From Chitinophagia bacterium (GTDB lineage Bacteria; Bacteroidota; Bacteroidia; Chitinophagales; Chitinophagaceae), in contig RFVQ01000001.1 of assembly GCA_009922495.1 (NCBI GenBank), positions 1 to 45,391 on the forward strand: DNA of 45,391 bases, in the 5' to 3' direction. Shown one piece after another: positions 9,396-19,675 of this stretch. Below the pieces are notes generated by a model. It was not told where the DNA came from and did no database searches. It worked only from the letters and a program-made list of their open reading frames with translations. Made by a program: the position numbers and the translations under genes. Every line of letters begins with the position of its first letter. Position 1 is the stretch's first letter.

Positions 9396-11696
9396 TCAAT
9401 TTTTCTTTTCTACAAGCTTTTGAACCAGGTCTAGTTTTCCTATGAACAGGCTTCTTCCATGAGTGCCCAGGATGATCTCATTCTCACGGTCCTGAATGGC
9501 GATATCATGCACTGGAATGGCCTTGGGTAGTCCATTGGTGAAAGGCTGGAAGAATTTTCCTCCATCAATGCTGGCATAGGCACCACCGTCTGTACCCACA
9601 TACAATATTGCTGCATTTTTGGGGTCTTCCCTGATCACATTCACCGGCTCTAAGGGGAGATCTGTTCCAATGCGTTTCCAGGTATTTCCCCGATCATCAC
9701 TGACATAAACATATGCTTCAAAATGATCATCACGATAACCATTCAGGGTTGCATACACACGGTTTTCGAAATGCCTGGATGCCAGCACACGACTGACATA
9801 CAATCCCTTTGGTAATTTCAGCTGGTTCCAGCTATTGCCTCCGTCTTGGGTCATGGACACTACACCGTCATCGGAGCCGGTATAGATCAGTCCGAAACGA
9901 AAGGGGGATTCACTGATGGTGGTAAGGGATCCAAAAGGTACATCACCAGGCTTTTTCCCATTGGTCAGGTCCTGGCTGATCTGTTCGAATTGATCTCCCT
10001 TGTTCATGCTTCGGAAAAGCTTGTTGGCTCCCATGTAAACGATGTCAGGGTTGTGTTTTGAAAGGAGGATGGGGGTTTGCCAATTGAACCTGTTTTTGTC
10101 GGTAGGGCTGGACGAAGCTGGACGCAATGCTTTGCCCCCAGGCATGTTTTTATTGATCCGCATATAGGCTCCGAACTGTGATCCGCTGTACACAATGTTG
10201 TGGTCACGGGGATCGATCTGCACCTGCATACCATCACCACCGTTCAGTCGTTTGTAGCCATATTGGCCATCATCTGTCCAGTCGATCGACTCCTTGTGGG
10301 TTGATGGCCCATACCAGGAACCATTGTCTTGTAAACCACCATAAACATTATAGGGTTTTTCATTGTCTGTGTTGATCGCATAGAATTGTCCCACCGCTGG
10401 GGTATTGGCCTTGAACCAGCTTTTTCCATCATCGTAGGTGATATTGCATCCGCCGTCATTGCCCGCAACAATATGACTGTCTCTTTGCGGATTGATCCAA
10501 ATCGCATGCCAGTCTGCGTGGGTGTTCCCCTTGTCCATCGATACAAATGTTTTTCCTCCATCGGTAGAGAGGTTGGCATTCACGCCGAGGATGATGATCT
10601 TGTTGGGATTAACAGGCGAAACGAATATTTTCCCGAAGTAATATCCGAATGTATTGTAGATGCCAATGTTTTTGTCATGTGTTTTATTCCAATCTTTTCC
10701 TCCATTTACACTCTTGTAAACTTCGCATCCAAAGATCTGATTGGCAGAAGGCCCGGCTTCAATTTTAAATGTATCAGATCGAAGGTTGTAGTTGTCTACA
10801 ACTGCATAGACAATATTGGGATCCTTTTGATGAACAGCCAAGCCAATCCTGCCAATGCCATCGCCCTGTGGAAATCCTGAACCTTCTTTCGAAACAAGCT
10901 GCCAGCTTTCTCCACCATCTGTGCTTTTGTGAATACCGGATGACTTGCCCCCCTCTGTGAAGTCCCATGCCTTGCGTATCCTATGCCAGCTGGAAGCATA
11001 GATCTCCTGTGGGTTCATGGGGTTGATGTCCATTTCAACAGCACCCGTATTTTCATCGATCATCAAAACATGTTTCCATGTTTTACCACCATCGATGGTT
11101 TTGTATACGCCTCTTTCTTTGTTGGGCGAATAGAGGTGTCCCAGCACTGCCACCCAAGCAGTCTTGGGATCAGTAGGGTGGAGGAGAATTTTTCCGATGT
11201 GTTGTGATTCTGGTAAACCAAGGTATTCCCATGTTTTTCCATTGTCCGCACTCTTGTATACACCTATACCGGCATAGGAAGAGCGACTGCTGTTGACTTC
11301 TCCTGTTCCGATCCAAATGATGTTGTTTTTCCAGTCTACCGCAATGTCCCCAATGCCAATGACATGCTCTTTGTCAAAAATGGGAGCAAAGCTTTGTCCA
11401 TTGTTGCGGGTATGCCAGAGCCCTCCTGTGGCATAGGCAACATAAAATTCTGTTGGATCATTGGGATTGACTTCCAGATCGTCCACCCTGCCGCTCATGA
11501 TAGCCGGACCAATATTTTTGAAGGGGATATCTTTCAATTGACTGTTTTCCATGTTCTTGCTTTTGGTTTCCAAACTCAAAAGCCTGTCGGTGCCTTTTGT
11601 TGGTTTGACCTGAGCTGTCAGCACAGGAGAACTGGCAAGAACAAAAAATACAAGTATGGCAGCGGCAGATAGGGGTTTCATCATGATTGGGTTCAT
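9396..11696 (-). CDS. Secreted BNR/Asp-box beta-propeller protein (sortilin/VPS10-like glycosyl hydrolase family)
   Basis: Signal peptide; NIGP..MSGRV; many S/T-x-D-G-G-x-T/S-W Asp-box repeats; GGLQDNG; C-terminal GTHGRS. Confidence 0.85.
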   Translation of the reverse strand: MNPIMMKPLSAAAILVFFVLASSPVLTAQVKPTKGTDRLLSLETKSKNMENSQLKDIPFKNIGPAIMSGRVDDLEVNPNDPTEFYVAYATGGLWHTRNNGQSFAPIFDKEHVIGIGDIAVDWKNNIIWIGTGEVNSSRSSYAGIGVYKSADNGKTWEYLGLPESQHIGKILLHPTDPKTAWVAVLGHLYSPNKERGVYKTIDGGKTWKHVLMIDENTGAVEMDINPMNPQEIYASSWHRIRKAWDFTEGGKSSGIHKSTDGGESWQLVSKEGSGFPQGDGIGRIGLAVHQKDPNIVYAVVDNYNLRSDTFKIEAGPSANQIFGCEVYKSVNGGKDWNKTHDKNIGIYNTFGYYFGKIFVSPVNPNKIIILGVNANLSTDGGKTFVSMDKGNTHADWHAIWINPQRDSHIVAGNDGGCNITYDDGKSWFKANTPAVGQFYAINTDNEKPYNVYGGLQDNGSWYGPSTHKESIDWTDDGQYGYKRLNGGDGMQVQIDPRDHNIVYSGSQFGAYMRINKNMPGGKALRPASSSPTDKNRFNWQTPILLSKHNPDIVYMGANKLFRSMNKGDQFEQISQDLTNGKKPGDVPFGSLTTISESPFRFGLIYTGSDDGVVSMTQDGGNSWNQLKLPKGLYVSRVLASRHFENRVYATLNGYRDDHFEAYVYVSDDRGNTWKRIGTDLPLEPVNVIREDPKNAAILYVGTDGGAYASIDGGKFFQPFTNGLPKAIPVHDIAIQDRENEIILGTHGRSLFIGKLDLVQKLVEKKN

Positions 11697-11733
11697 TGAA
11701 TGTTCAGGTGCAATTTATTGATATTGTAGCATG

Positions 11734-11764
11734 AAAAAAAGGAAAGGCTTTTGGCCTTTCCTTT
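11734..11764 (-). terminator. Rho-independent terminator after aconitase
   Basis: Minus strand: AAAGGAAAGGC-CAAAA-GCCTTTCC followed by T7. Confidence 0.85.
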
Positions 11765-11786
11765 GGTAGATTTTGTTTGAAATGGA

Positions 11787-14054
11787 TTACTTCGCAGCAT
11801 TGGCCCTGATCACATTGAGGGCACCACCAGCCTTGAACCACTCGATCTGCTGGTCATTGTAGCTGTGGTTGGCCTCGATCGTCTCTTGGCTGCCATCTGC
11901 ATGGTTCAATACGATCTGAAGGGATTTTCCTGGAGCGAAATGGGTCAGGCCTACCACATCGATGGAATCATTTTCCTGGATCTTTTCATAATCTTCCTTG
12001 TTGGCAAAGGTCAATGCGAGCATGCCCTGCTTTTTCAGATTGGTCTCATGGATCCTCGCGAAAGATTTTACCATCACCACACGAACCCCCAGGTGACGGG
12101 GTTCCATGGCGGCATGCTCTCTTGAGGAACCTTCGCCGTAGTTTTCGTCACCGATCACAATGCTTCCGATTCCTGCAGCCTTGTAGGCACGCTGTGTAGC
12201 CGGTACGGGTCCGTATTCACCGGTCAATTGATTCTTGACCGAGTCTGTTTTTTCATTGAAATAGTTCACTGCTCCGATCAACATGTTGTTGCTGATGTTA
12301 TCCAGGTGTCCCCTGAATTTCAACCAGGGACCGGCCATGGAGATATGGTCAGTGGTACATTTTCCTTTGGCTTTGACCAGAAGTTTCAATCCTTTCAGGT
12401 CAGTTCCTTCCCAGGCTGCAAAAGGATAGAGGAGCTGAAGACGTTTGCTATCGCTTTTCACATCGATCACAACGCCGCTTCCATCTTCTGCAGGAGCTTG
12501 ATAGCCCGCATCTTCCACCGCAAAACCTTTGGTAGGCAATTCATCACCAGATGGTGGATCCAGCTTTACTGCTTCGCCCTTTTCATTGATCAGGGTGTCA
12601 GTGATGGGGTTGAAAGTTAGATCGCCTGCAATAGCAAGGGCAGTAACCAATTCAGGACTGGCAACAAAGGCCAATGTATTGGGGTTGCCGTCAGCACGCT
12701 TGGCAAAGTTTCTGTTGAAGGAATGTACAATTGTATTTCTTTCTTGCTTTTCAGCGCCCATCCTGTCCCACATACCGATACAGGGTCCGCATGCATTGGC
12801 AAATACAGTTGCACCGATCTGGGCAAAGGTATCCAGGTATCCATCGCGCTCAATGGTATAACGTACCAGTTCTGAACCCGGTGTAATGGTGAATTCAGCC
12901 TTGGTCTTCAAGCCTTTTTCTGCTACCTGCTTGGCCAGGCTCACTGCACGACTGATGTCTTCGTAGGATGAGTTGGTACAGCTACCGATCAATCCCACTT
13001 CCACTTTTGTAGGCCAGTTGTTTTTGGCAGCTGCCTCTTTCATTTGTGAAATAGGGGTGGCCAAGTCTGGTGTAAAGGGACCATTCAGGTGTGGTTCCAG
13101 TTCACTGAGGTTGATCTCAATGACCTTGTCAAAATATTTTTCTGGGTTGGCATATACTTCAGCGTCTCCGGTCAGGTATTCTTTTACCTGGTCAGCTGCT
13201 TCTGCAACTGCCGCTCTGCCGGTTGAACGAAGATACCGGGCCATGCTTTCGTCATAGCCAAAGGTTGAGGTGGTGGCTCCGATCTCAGCACCCATGTTAC
13301 AAATGGTGCCTTTTCCTGTACAGCTCATGCTGGTGGCGCCTTCACCGAAGTATTCAACGATGGCATTGGTTCCTCCCTTTACGGTCAGGATACCCGCCAC
13401 TTTCAGGATCACGTCTTTGGGGGATGTCCATCCATTCAGCTTTCCGGTCAATTTCACACCGATCAATTTGGGCATCAGCAATTCCCAGCTCAGTCCCGCC
13501 ATCACATCACAGGCATCAGCACCACCCACACCGATGGCAACCATGCCCAATCCACCTGCATTCACGGTATGTGAATCGGTTCCGATCATCATTCCGCCGG
13601 GGAAAGCATAGTTTTCCAGGACCACCTGGTGAATGATACCAGCACCGGGTTTCCAGAATCCTATGCCATACTTATTGGAAATGGAAGAAAGAAAATTGTA
13701 AACTTCTTCGTTTTCTGTAACGGCTTTTTTCAGGTCAGTCTTGCTTTCCTCTTTGGCTACGATCAGGTGATCGCAATGCACTGTTGAAGGAACCGCTACT
13801 TTTTTTCGACCGGTTGTATCAAACTGCAAGAGCGCCATTTGAGCGGTTGCATCCTGCATCGCAACCCTGTCGGGGGCAAAATCAACATAGGCTTTTCCTC
13901 TCTCAAAATCCCTGGGTTCAACACCTTTCCAGAGGTGTGAAAAAAGGATTTTTTCTGCAAGGGTGAGGGGGCGGCCCAAAGCTTTCCTGGCTGCATCAAC
14001 CTTAGCGGGCATTTCCCGGTAGGTTTTCTGAATGAGGTCGAGATCGAATACCAT
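11787..14054 (-). CDS. Aconitate hydratase (mitochondrial-type, Bacteroidota)
   Basis: [51 protein letters not shown]. Start moved to ATG 14054 (MVFDLD). Confidence 0.96.
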   Translation of the reverse strand: MVFDLDLIQKTYREMPAKVDAARKALGRPLTLAEKILFSHLWKGVEPRDFERGKAYVDFAPDRVAMQDATAQMALLQFDTTGRKKVAVPSTVHCDHLIVAKEESKTDLKKAVTENEEVYNFLSSISNKYGIGFWKPGAGIIHQVVLENYAFPGGMMIGTDSHTVNAGGLGMVAIGVGGADACDVMAGLSWELLMPKLIGVKLTGKLNGWTSPKDVILKVAGILTVKGGTNAIVEYFGEGATSMSCTGKGTICNMGAEIGATTSTFGYDESMARYLRSTGRAAVAEAADQVKEYLTGDAEVYANPEKYFDKVIEINLSELEPHLNGPFTPDLATPISQMKEAAAKNNWPTKVEVGLIGSCTNSSYEDISRAVSLAKQVAEKGLKTKAEFTITPGSELVRYTIERDGYLDTFAQIGATVFANACGPCIGMWDRMGAEKQERNTIVHSFNRNFAKRADGNPNTLAFVASPELVTALAIAGDLTFNPITDTLINEKGEAVKLDPPSGDELPTKGFAVEDAGYQAPAEDGSGVVIDVKSDSKRLQLLYPFAAWEGTDLKGLKLLVKAKGKCTTDHISMAGPWLKFRGHLDNISNNMLIGAVNYFNEKTDSVKNQLTGEYGPVPATQRAYKAAGIGSIVIGDENYGEGSSREHAAMEPRHLGVRVVMVKSFARIHETNLKKQGMLALTFANKEDYEKIQENDSIDVVGLTHFAPGKSLQIVLNHADGSQETIEANHSYNDQQIEWFKAGGALNVIRANAAK

Positions 14055-14080
14055 GGTAGTTGATTTAAACTTTTGCTGCG

Positions 14081-14088
14081 CAAAATTA
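14081..14088 (-). promoter_or_regulatory. -7 promoter element TAATTTTG of aconitase
   Basis: Exact TAnnTTTG on the minus strand, 26 nt upstream of the ATG. Confidence 0.65.
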
Positions 14089-14137
14089 GTTAATTCATTT
14101 GCGTGCACCAACTGTTTCAACTATAAAGGGCATTTTT

Positions 14138-14145
14138 TATATTTG
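14138..14145 (+). promoter_or_regulatory. -7 promoter element TATATTTG of the PspC-like gene (leaderless)
   Basis: TATATTTG-TATC-ATG. Confidence 0.65.
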
Positions 14146-14149
14146 TATC

Positions 14150-14371
14150 ATGGAAAGGCTGAGAAACTACATAGAATGGCAGGTTTTCGGTGTTTGTACC
14201 CGTATCGGTGAGATCATGGGCATTTCCACTTTTACCATCCGTAAATACTTCATTTATATTTCCTGCCTGACCTTGGGATCCCCCGTGGTTTTTTATTTCA
14301 TCCTTGCTTTCTGGATGAACCTGAAGCGCTATATTCTGGAGGGCAGGCGCAATCCTTTGAAATACAACTAA
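14150..14371 (+). CDS. Small PspC-domain membrane protein
   Basis: 73 aa; 'FGVCTRIGEIMGI....IRKYFIY...LGSP..FYFILAFW' resembles the PspC signature. Confidence 0.75.
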   Translation: MERLRNYIEWQVFGVCTRIGEIMGISTFTIRKYFIYISCLTLGSPVVFYFILAFWMNLKRYILEGRRNPLKYN

Positions 14372-15189
14372 AGCACTGCCTTTCTGATTCTGACCAGACT
14401 TTCCAGCAGTGCCTCCAATCTGTCTAATTTCAACATGTTGGCCCCATCACTGAGTGCTTTGGAAGGGTCTGGATGGGTTTCGATGAATAGGCCATCCGCT
14501 CCCGTGGCGATGGCAGCCTTGGCAATGGTTCCGATCATTTCAGGGTTTCCTCCGGTAACTCCTGATACCTGATTGGGTTGTTGTAGTGAATGGGTGCAGT
14601 CCATTATCACCGGAACGCCCTGTGAAGCCATGATCGGCAGGTTTCTGTAATCCACGATCAGGTCTTGGTAGCCAAAGGTTGTTCCTCTTTCGGTCAACAT
14701 CACCTGATTATTGCCTGTATTGCGTACTTTGTCCACTGCAAATTTCATTGCCTCTCCACTGACGAACTGTCCCTTTTTGATGTTCACCAGCTTTCCTGTT
14801 TCTCCGGCTGCTTTCAGCAGGTCAGACTGCCTGCACAAGAAAGCGGGTATCTGCAGAATATCTGCGTAAGGAGCAGCCATGGCTGCCTCATCTGCCGCAT
14901 GGATATCGGTAGTGGTAGGCAGTTGGTAGCGCTGGCCAATCTTTTTCAACAATTCGAGTCCTGTTTCGTCTCCCAACCCGGTAAAGGATTTGCTACTGGT
15001 CCTGTTGGCTTTTCTGTAAGATGATTTGAAGACGAATGGGATACCCATGTTTTGGCAAATACGGTATACTTTTTCGGCTACTTCATCCAAAATCTCTTCA
15101 TTTTCAATGACACAGGGCCCGGCGATCAAAAAAAAGTTTTTCTCATCAAATTGTTGTGTTCGGAACAACTCTTTCAGGAATGCTTGCAT
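14368..15189 (-). CDS. kdsA: KDO8P synthase (metal-dependent type)
   Basis: IAGPCVIE, KANRTS, QIPAFLCRQ, NIKKGQF, TERG, DCTHSLQ, FIETHPDP..ALSDG. Start moved to ATG 15189. Confidence 0.97.
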   Translation of the reverse strand: MQAFLKELFRTQQFDEKNFFLIAGPCVIENEEILDEVAEKVYRICQNMGIPFVFKSSYRKANRTSSKSFTGLGDETGLELLKKIGQRYQLPTTTDIHAADEAAMAAPYADILQIPAFLCRQSDLLKAAGETGKLVNIKKGQFVSGEAMKFAVDKVRNTGNNQVMLTERGTTFGYQDLIVDYRNLPIMASQGVPVIMDCTHSLQQPNQVSGVTGGNPEMIGTIAKAAIATGADGLFIETHPDPSKALSDGANMLKLDRLEALLESLVRIRKAVL

Positions 15190-15193
15190 TCCG

Positions 15194-15201
15194 CAAAGAT
15201 A
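15194..15201 (-). promoter_or_regulatory. -7 promoter element TATCTTTG of kdsA (leaderless)
   Basis: Minus strand reads TATCTTTG-CGGA-ATG. Confidence 0.7.
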
Positions 15202-15222
15202 CGCGGGTTCCAATAGATTTGA

Positions 15223-15230
15223 TAAGTTTG
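15223..15230 (+). promoter_or_regulatory. -7 promoter element TAAGTTTG of the tdh-like operon
   Basis: Exact TAnnTTTG 21 nt before ATG 15252, back-to-back with the kdsA promoter. Confidence 0.6.
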
Positions 15231-15251
15231 CAATTCGATCAAAACCGGAAA

Positions 15252-16190
15252 ATGAAAAAAGAAAGAATACTGGTCATCGGGGCAAGCGGACAAATAGGAG
15301 TTGAGCTGACACTTGCTTTGAGAAAGATTTACGGAGGCGCCAATGTTGTAGCTTCTGATCTTCGGGAAGAGAATGATCTTTTGAAAGGAACTGGCCCATA
15401 TGTGAGCCTGGATGTCATGAACAAGGAGATGTTGCATGTACAGGTTATCCGGCAGAACATAACGCAGATCTATTTACTGGCAGCTATCTTGTCAGCAACC
15501 GGCGAAAAAAATCCCCCTTTGGCCTGGAACCTGAACATGCAGTCCTTGTTGAATGTGTTGGACATCGCCAAGGAAGAAGGACTTAAAAAGGTTTATTGGC
15601 CCAGTAGCATCGCTGTTTTTGGTCCCACATCACCCAAAATCGATTGTCCCCAGCATACCATCATCGAACCTATCACGGTCTATGGCATCAGCAAATATGC
15701 CGGTGAATTCTGGTGCAATTATTACCACCAGCGATACGGTGTGGATGTTAGGAGTTTGCGGTATCCCGGATTGATCAGCTATAAGTCTTCTCCCGGTGGT
15801 GGCACCACCGATTATGCTGTGGAGATTTTCCATGCAGCCAAGGAAAAAAAGCGATACACATCCTTTCTCCATGCGAATACCCATCTGCCCATGATGTACA
15901 TGCCCGACGCCATCAGGGCAACCATAGAACTCATGGAAGCGCCGTCCGAAAAAATTAAGATCAGAACATCTTACAACCTATCAGGCATGAGTTTTTCTCC
16001 AGCAGAGATTGGAGCAGAGATCCAAAAGCATGTACCGGATTTTGTCTTGGATTATGCTCCTGATTACCGTCAACAGATAGCCGACAGCTGGCCCAAATCC
16101 ATTGACGATTCCAGCGCGCGTGCAGACTGGGGATGGAAACCTGATTATGATCTGGCTAAAATGACCAAAGACATGTTCCTTAATATTTAA
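15252..16190 (+). CDS. L-threonine 3-dehydrogenase (extended SDR / NAD-dependent epimerase family)
   Basis: GASGQIG Rossmann motif, LSATGE, PSSIAVFG, YGISK, PGGGTTDYAV, SWP.SIDD are typical of the SDR-type TDH. Confidence 0.85.
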   Translation: MKKERILVIGASGQIGVELTLALRKIYGGANVVASDLREENDLLKGTGPYVSLDVMNKEMLHVQVIRQNITQIYLLAAILSATGEKNPPLAWNLNMQSLLNVLDIAKEEGLKKVYWPSSIAVFGPTSPKIDCPQHTIIEPITVYGISKYAGEFWCNYYHQRYGVDVRSLRYPGLISYKSSPGGGTTDYAVEIFHAAKEKKRYTSFLHANTHLPMMYMPDAIRATIELMEAPSEKIKIRTSYNLSGMSFSPAEIGAEIQKHVPDFVLDYAPDYRQQIADSWPKSIDDSSARADWGWKPDYDLAKMTKDMFLNI

Positions 16191-16198
16191 ATCCTGGT

Positions 16199-17413
16199 AT
16201 GAATAAGATTCATGCGCTGATCTTCTTTTTCTTTTTGCAATCTCTTGCCCTTCATGCACAGCAATCCTATAGGGCTGTGTTGAAACGGGCAGATGGATTT
16301 GATATTGTGTTCAACATCATTGAAAGCCGCACTGCAAAAGGAATTGGTTGGGAAATCAGGAATGCAGATGAGCGAATCCAAATAACAGAGATTCGCCAGA
16401 AAGCAGATTCCTTATTGGTCAACATGCCATTCTTTGATGCTGAATTATTGTTGAAGAAGAATTTAATGGGATATGAAGGCCAATGGAAAAAAGTTGGTTC
16501 TAAGGGAGATGTCTACATGCCGCTTCTTATACAAAAAGGGGCTGAGCGCATCCAATTGTCATCATCAACTCCCTCAAAAAATATCAGTGGTCGCTGGAAG
16601 ACAACATTCACCAATCCTGAGGGCAAGCGCAGCATGGCCATTGCTGAATTCAGTCAAGTAGGCAACAAATTGAAAGGCACCTTTCTTACGCCAACGGGGG
16701 ACTATCGGTTTCTGGAAGGAACCATTGCCGGGGATAGTTTGACACTTACCACCTTTGATGGAACCAATGCTTTTTATTTTGCTGCAAAAGTTGACAAGCA
16801 AGGTAATATGGTGAATGGTGTTTTTGCAAGCGGCCCTACTTACCTGGAAAGATGGGAAGCAGTGAAAGACCTGAATGTTGAGCTGGATGGATCTGAAGCC
16901 GTCATGAAGGTCAGAGACCCCAATACAAAACTGAATTTCAGGTTTCTGGACCTGGATAGCAACTGGGTGTCGATCAACGATCAACGTTTTCAGAACAAAG
17001 TTGTCGTCATTCAGATCATGGGTTCCTGGTGTCCCAACTGCATGGATGAGACGGCTTTTCTCAGCGATTATTACAGGAAAAACAAAGACAGGGGGCTGGA
17101 AATTATTGGGCTGGCCTACGAATATTCTCTCGAATTTGCCAAGGCAAGAAAAAGTCTCTCTCGGTTCAGGGATAAATTCAAAGTTGAATACCCTATGTTG
17201 ATTACAGGTGTTACTTCATCGGATGAGCGTAGGACGGAAAAAACACTTCCACAGATGACACCGATAAAAGCATTTCCTTCCATGATCATCCTGGGAAAAG
17301 ATGGCAAGGTTCAACAAACCCATGCTGGTTATGAAGGACCGGCTACAGGCATTCATCATGAAAGATTCAAGAAGGAATTTTCAGCAACCATCGATCAACT
17401 TCTCAAACAATAA
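16199..17413 (+). CDS. Exported TlpA/ResA-like thioredoxin-fold protein with N-terminal beta domains
   Basis: Signal peptide; GSWCPNC CxxC motif; 'AFPS' cis-Pro loop. Confidence 0.85.
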   Translation: MNKIHALIFFFFLQSLALHAQQSYRAVLKRADGFDIVFNIIESRTAKGIGWEIRNADERIQITEIRQKADSLLVNMPFFDAELLLKKNLMGYEGQWKKVGSKGDVYMPLLIQKGAERIQLSSSTPSKNISGRWKTTFTNPEGKRSMAIAEFSQVGNKLKGTFLTPTGDYRFLEGTIAGDSLTLTTFDGTNAFYFAAKVDKQGNMVNGVFASGPTYLERWEAVKDLNVELDGSEAVMKVRDPNTKLNFRFLDLDSNWVSINDQRFQNKVVVIQIMGSWCPNCMDETAFLSDYYRKNKDRGLEIIGLAYEYSLEFAKARKSLSRFRDKFKVEYPMLITGVTSSDERRTEKTLPQMTPIKAFPSMIILGKDGKVQQTHAGYEGPATGIHHERFKKEFSATIDQLLKQ

Positions 17414-17424
17414 TTCTACTTCAA

Positions 17425-17898
17425 ATGGCAGAGGACCTGAAAGTTGCAGCTGGCACAAAAGAAGAACAATTTCTGGGATTGTTACCACAGATCAAGGCAC
17501 TATTGGAGGGAGAGCGTGATCTGGTGGCGAACATGGCCAACTTTGTGGCTGCCTTAAAAGAACAGTTCAATTTCTTCTGGGTAGGCTTCTATCTTGTCAA
17601 AGAAGACGAGTTGGTTTTGGGCCCCTTTCAGGGCCCCATAGCGTGCACGCGCATTCGAAAGGGCAGGGGAGTATGCGGTACAGCCTGGGAGAAAGCTGAA
17701 ACCATTGTTGTTCCGGATGTAGAAAAGTTTCCCGGGCATATTGCCTGCAGCAGTTTGTCTAAAAGCGAGATTGTGGTACCCGTATTCAAAGAGGGTTCAG
17801 TGATAGCTGTATTGGATGTTGACAGCAGTGAACTTGAAAGTTTTGATGAAATAGACCAGCGTTATCTTGAAGCAATGGTGAAGCTCATCAATTGGTGA
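17425..17898 (+). CDS. msrC: GAF-domain free methionine-(R)-sulfoxide reductase (fRMsr)
   Basis: WVGFY, LGPFQGPIAC, GRGVCG, GHIAC, SEIVVP, LDVDS. Confidence 0.88.
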   Translation: MAEDLKVAAGTKEEQFLGLLPQIKALLEGERDLVANMANFVAALKEQFNFFWVGFYLVKEDELVLGPFQGPIACTRIRKGRGVCGTAWEKAETIVVPDVEKFPGHIACSSLSKSEIVVPVFKEGSVIAVLDVDSSELESFDEIDQRYLEAMVKLINW

Positions 17899-17904
17899 GC
17901 AGTA

Positions 17905-18315
17905 TTATTTTCGGACCAAATCGGCCACGGTTTTCGATTCAAGAATTTTTAGATTGGCATCCCTAACCAATACCATGGTGTCATGAAGTCCACAATTCTT
18001 TTCATCACAGTTCTTGCACCTTTCATAAAAATACAAACTGGCACAGGGAAGCATGGCGATAGGACCATCAATTTTGCGGATAATATCTGCTAACCTGATT
18101 TTATTGGGAGCCAGTTTAAGAAAGTAACCTCCTCCTTTCCCTTTCTTGCTTTCCAGGATTCCTTCTTTCCGCAATTCCAATAAAATGTTCTCCAGAAACT
18201 TGAGCGGAATCTTTTTTTTCTTGGCAATATCTGCAATCAACAAAGGCCCTTCCTCCTTGTGTTCTGCAAGGTACATGAGTGCCTGAAAAGCATATTGGGT
18301 CTTCTTGTTGAGCAT
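17905..18315 (-). CDS. Rrf2-family transcriptional regulator
   Basis: Winged HTH 'FLENILLEL...SKKGKGGGY' plus Cys cluster C-x8-C-x2-C-x4-C. Confidence 0.92.
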   Translation of the reverse strand: MLNKKTQYAFQALMYLAEHKEEGPLLIADIAKKKKIPLKFLENILLELRKEGILESKKGKGGGYFLKLAPNKIRLADIIRKIDGPIAMLPCASLYFYERCKNCDEKNCGLHDTMVLVRDANLKILESKTVADLVRK

Positions 18316-18319
18316 TTTG

Positions 18320-19042
18320 TCAGTTTCCGAATCCTAAAACATCTTTCATGGTAAATATACCTTTTTTTGTTGCAATGTATTCAGCGGCCAATACCGCCCC
18401 CAATGCAAACCCATCCCTGCTGTGTGCATTGTGGATGATGGTAATCTCGTCTATGCTTGATTGATAGTTTACTTCGTGCAGTCCTGGATATGGATCCGTT
18501 CTTTCGCTGATGATGGACAGCTCTTGAGCATTGTTGGAAGAATGATTGACCCAGCTAGACTTGGAGCTATTGTTGGCGATGATCTGTTCTGCGAGGGTGA
18601 TGGCTGTTCCGCTGGGAGCATCTTTTTTCTGGGTATGGTGGATTTCTTTTACACTGACATTGTATTGCTGCTGGCCTTCCATGAGCTGTGCCAGCTTTTT
18701 GTTCAGCTCGAAAAAAATATTGACACCCACACTGAAATTACTGGCACAAAGAAAGCTGCCATTTAATTCCTTGCAATGCTGTTCTGCTGCAGTCAGATCA
18801 TCCAACCATCCAGTAGAACCACATACCACGGGTGTTCCAAAATTCAAACAACTTTTGACGTTTGCAAAGGCCGTATGTGGACTGGTAAATTCAATCGCAA
18901 CATCAACTTTGCTCATTTTTTCTGCATTGAAATCTTCCAGGTTCGCCAGATCGATTTTTAGTTCCACCTGATGTCCTCTGCTCAGGGCAACCTGTTCAAT
19001 GGTTTTACCCATCTTTCCATATCCAATCAATGCTATGTTCAT
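18320..19042 (-). CDS. dapB: 4-hydroxy-tetrahydrodipicolinate reductase
   Basis: GYGKMG, GSTGW, SNFSVG, EIHHTQKKDAPSGTA, FALGA. Confidence 0.96.
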   Translation of the reverse strand: MNIALIGYGKMGKTIEQVALSRGHQVELKIDLANLEDFNAEKMSKVDVAIEFTSPHTAFANVKSCLNFGTPVVCGSTGWLDDLTAAEQHCKELNGSFLCASNFSVGVNIFFELNKKLAQLMEGQQQYNVSVKEIHHTQKKDAPSGTAITLAEQIIANNSSKSSWVNHSSNNAQELSIISERTDPYPGLHEVNYQSSIDEITIIHNAHSRDGFALGAVLAAEYIATKKGIFTMKDVLGFGN

Positions 19043-19063
19043 GATCTTCTGTTTATGTCTTGA

Positions 19064-19675
19064 TTATTTTGATGATTTTTTATCTCCCCATTGTAAGGTA
19101 GCGGTCAGTCCGATTTGTCCTGTTCCTGAAGAAAAGGCTGGTTTGATGCCAAGGGTCAGTTCATCGCCGATATCAAATTTTCTAAGGTGACCATCTACCG
19201 TAGCATCTACAACATTGAGCCCCCACATGACCAATAAACCTAACACCGAGAAGTCCATGTTCTTCCTGAATTGATTTCTGTACAGCCTTAGGGAAGAAGT
19301 TGAAATGGGTTGTAGTTCTGGTGCAATGTTGGCATAGTTTGCGGTATCCTGGGTGGCCCTCACGGTGTAGGCATACCTGGTTTTTTTATACCAACTGCTG
19401 TTGTATTGGAAAGTACTCACCGGAATGGCGAGCAAACCATATACAATGGGTAGTTTCCAATATTTCTTGTTATAGATCTGACCAAGTCCGGGCAATACAG
19501 CAGACCTCAAGGCGGCTTTACTGGCAATGGATCGTTCTTTTTTGTGACTGGTATCGATCTTCTTGCTTGTATCGGCGACAGAAACTGTTTTTGAAATGTT
19601 TTGGGCATTTACAAAATTCATGCTGAGGCAGGTGATCAGCAGCAAATGCATGAAGAATATGCATCTTCCGCTCAT
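19064..19675 (-). CDS. DUF5683-like membrane/exported protein
   Basis: SAVLPGLGQIYNKKYWK and NVVDATVDGHL motifs; usual position between parB and dapB; TGATG overlap with the parB stop. Confidence 0.8.
   Translation of the reverse strand: MSGRCIFFMHLLLITCLSMNFVNAQNISKTVSVADTSKKIDTSHKKERSIASKAALRSAVLPGLGQIYNKKYWKLPIVYGLLAIPVSTFQYNSSWYKKTRYAYTVRATQDTANYANIAPELQPISTSSLRLYRNQFRKNMDFSVLGLLVMWGLNVVDATVDGHLRKFDIGDELTLGIKPAFSSGTGQIGLTATLQWGDKKSSK

Noticed and set aside
14055-14149. N-terminal extensions given by the ORF track (aconitase, PspC-like, kdsA, rpoA, carA, porQ, surE, accD, M42)
   Set aside because: The extensions run through promoters, terminators or neighbouring genes; downstream ATGs match the family N-termini.
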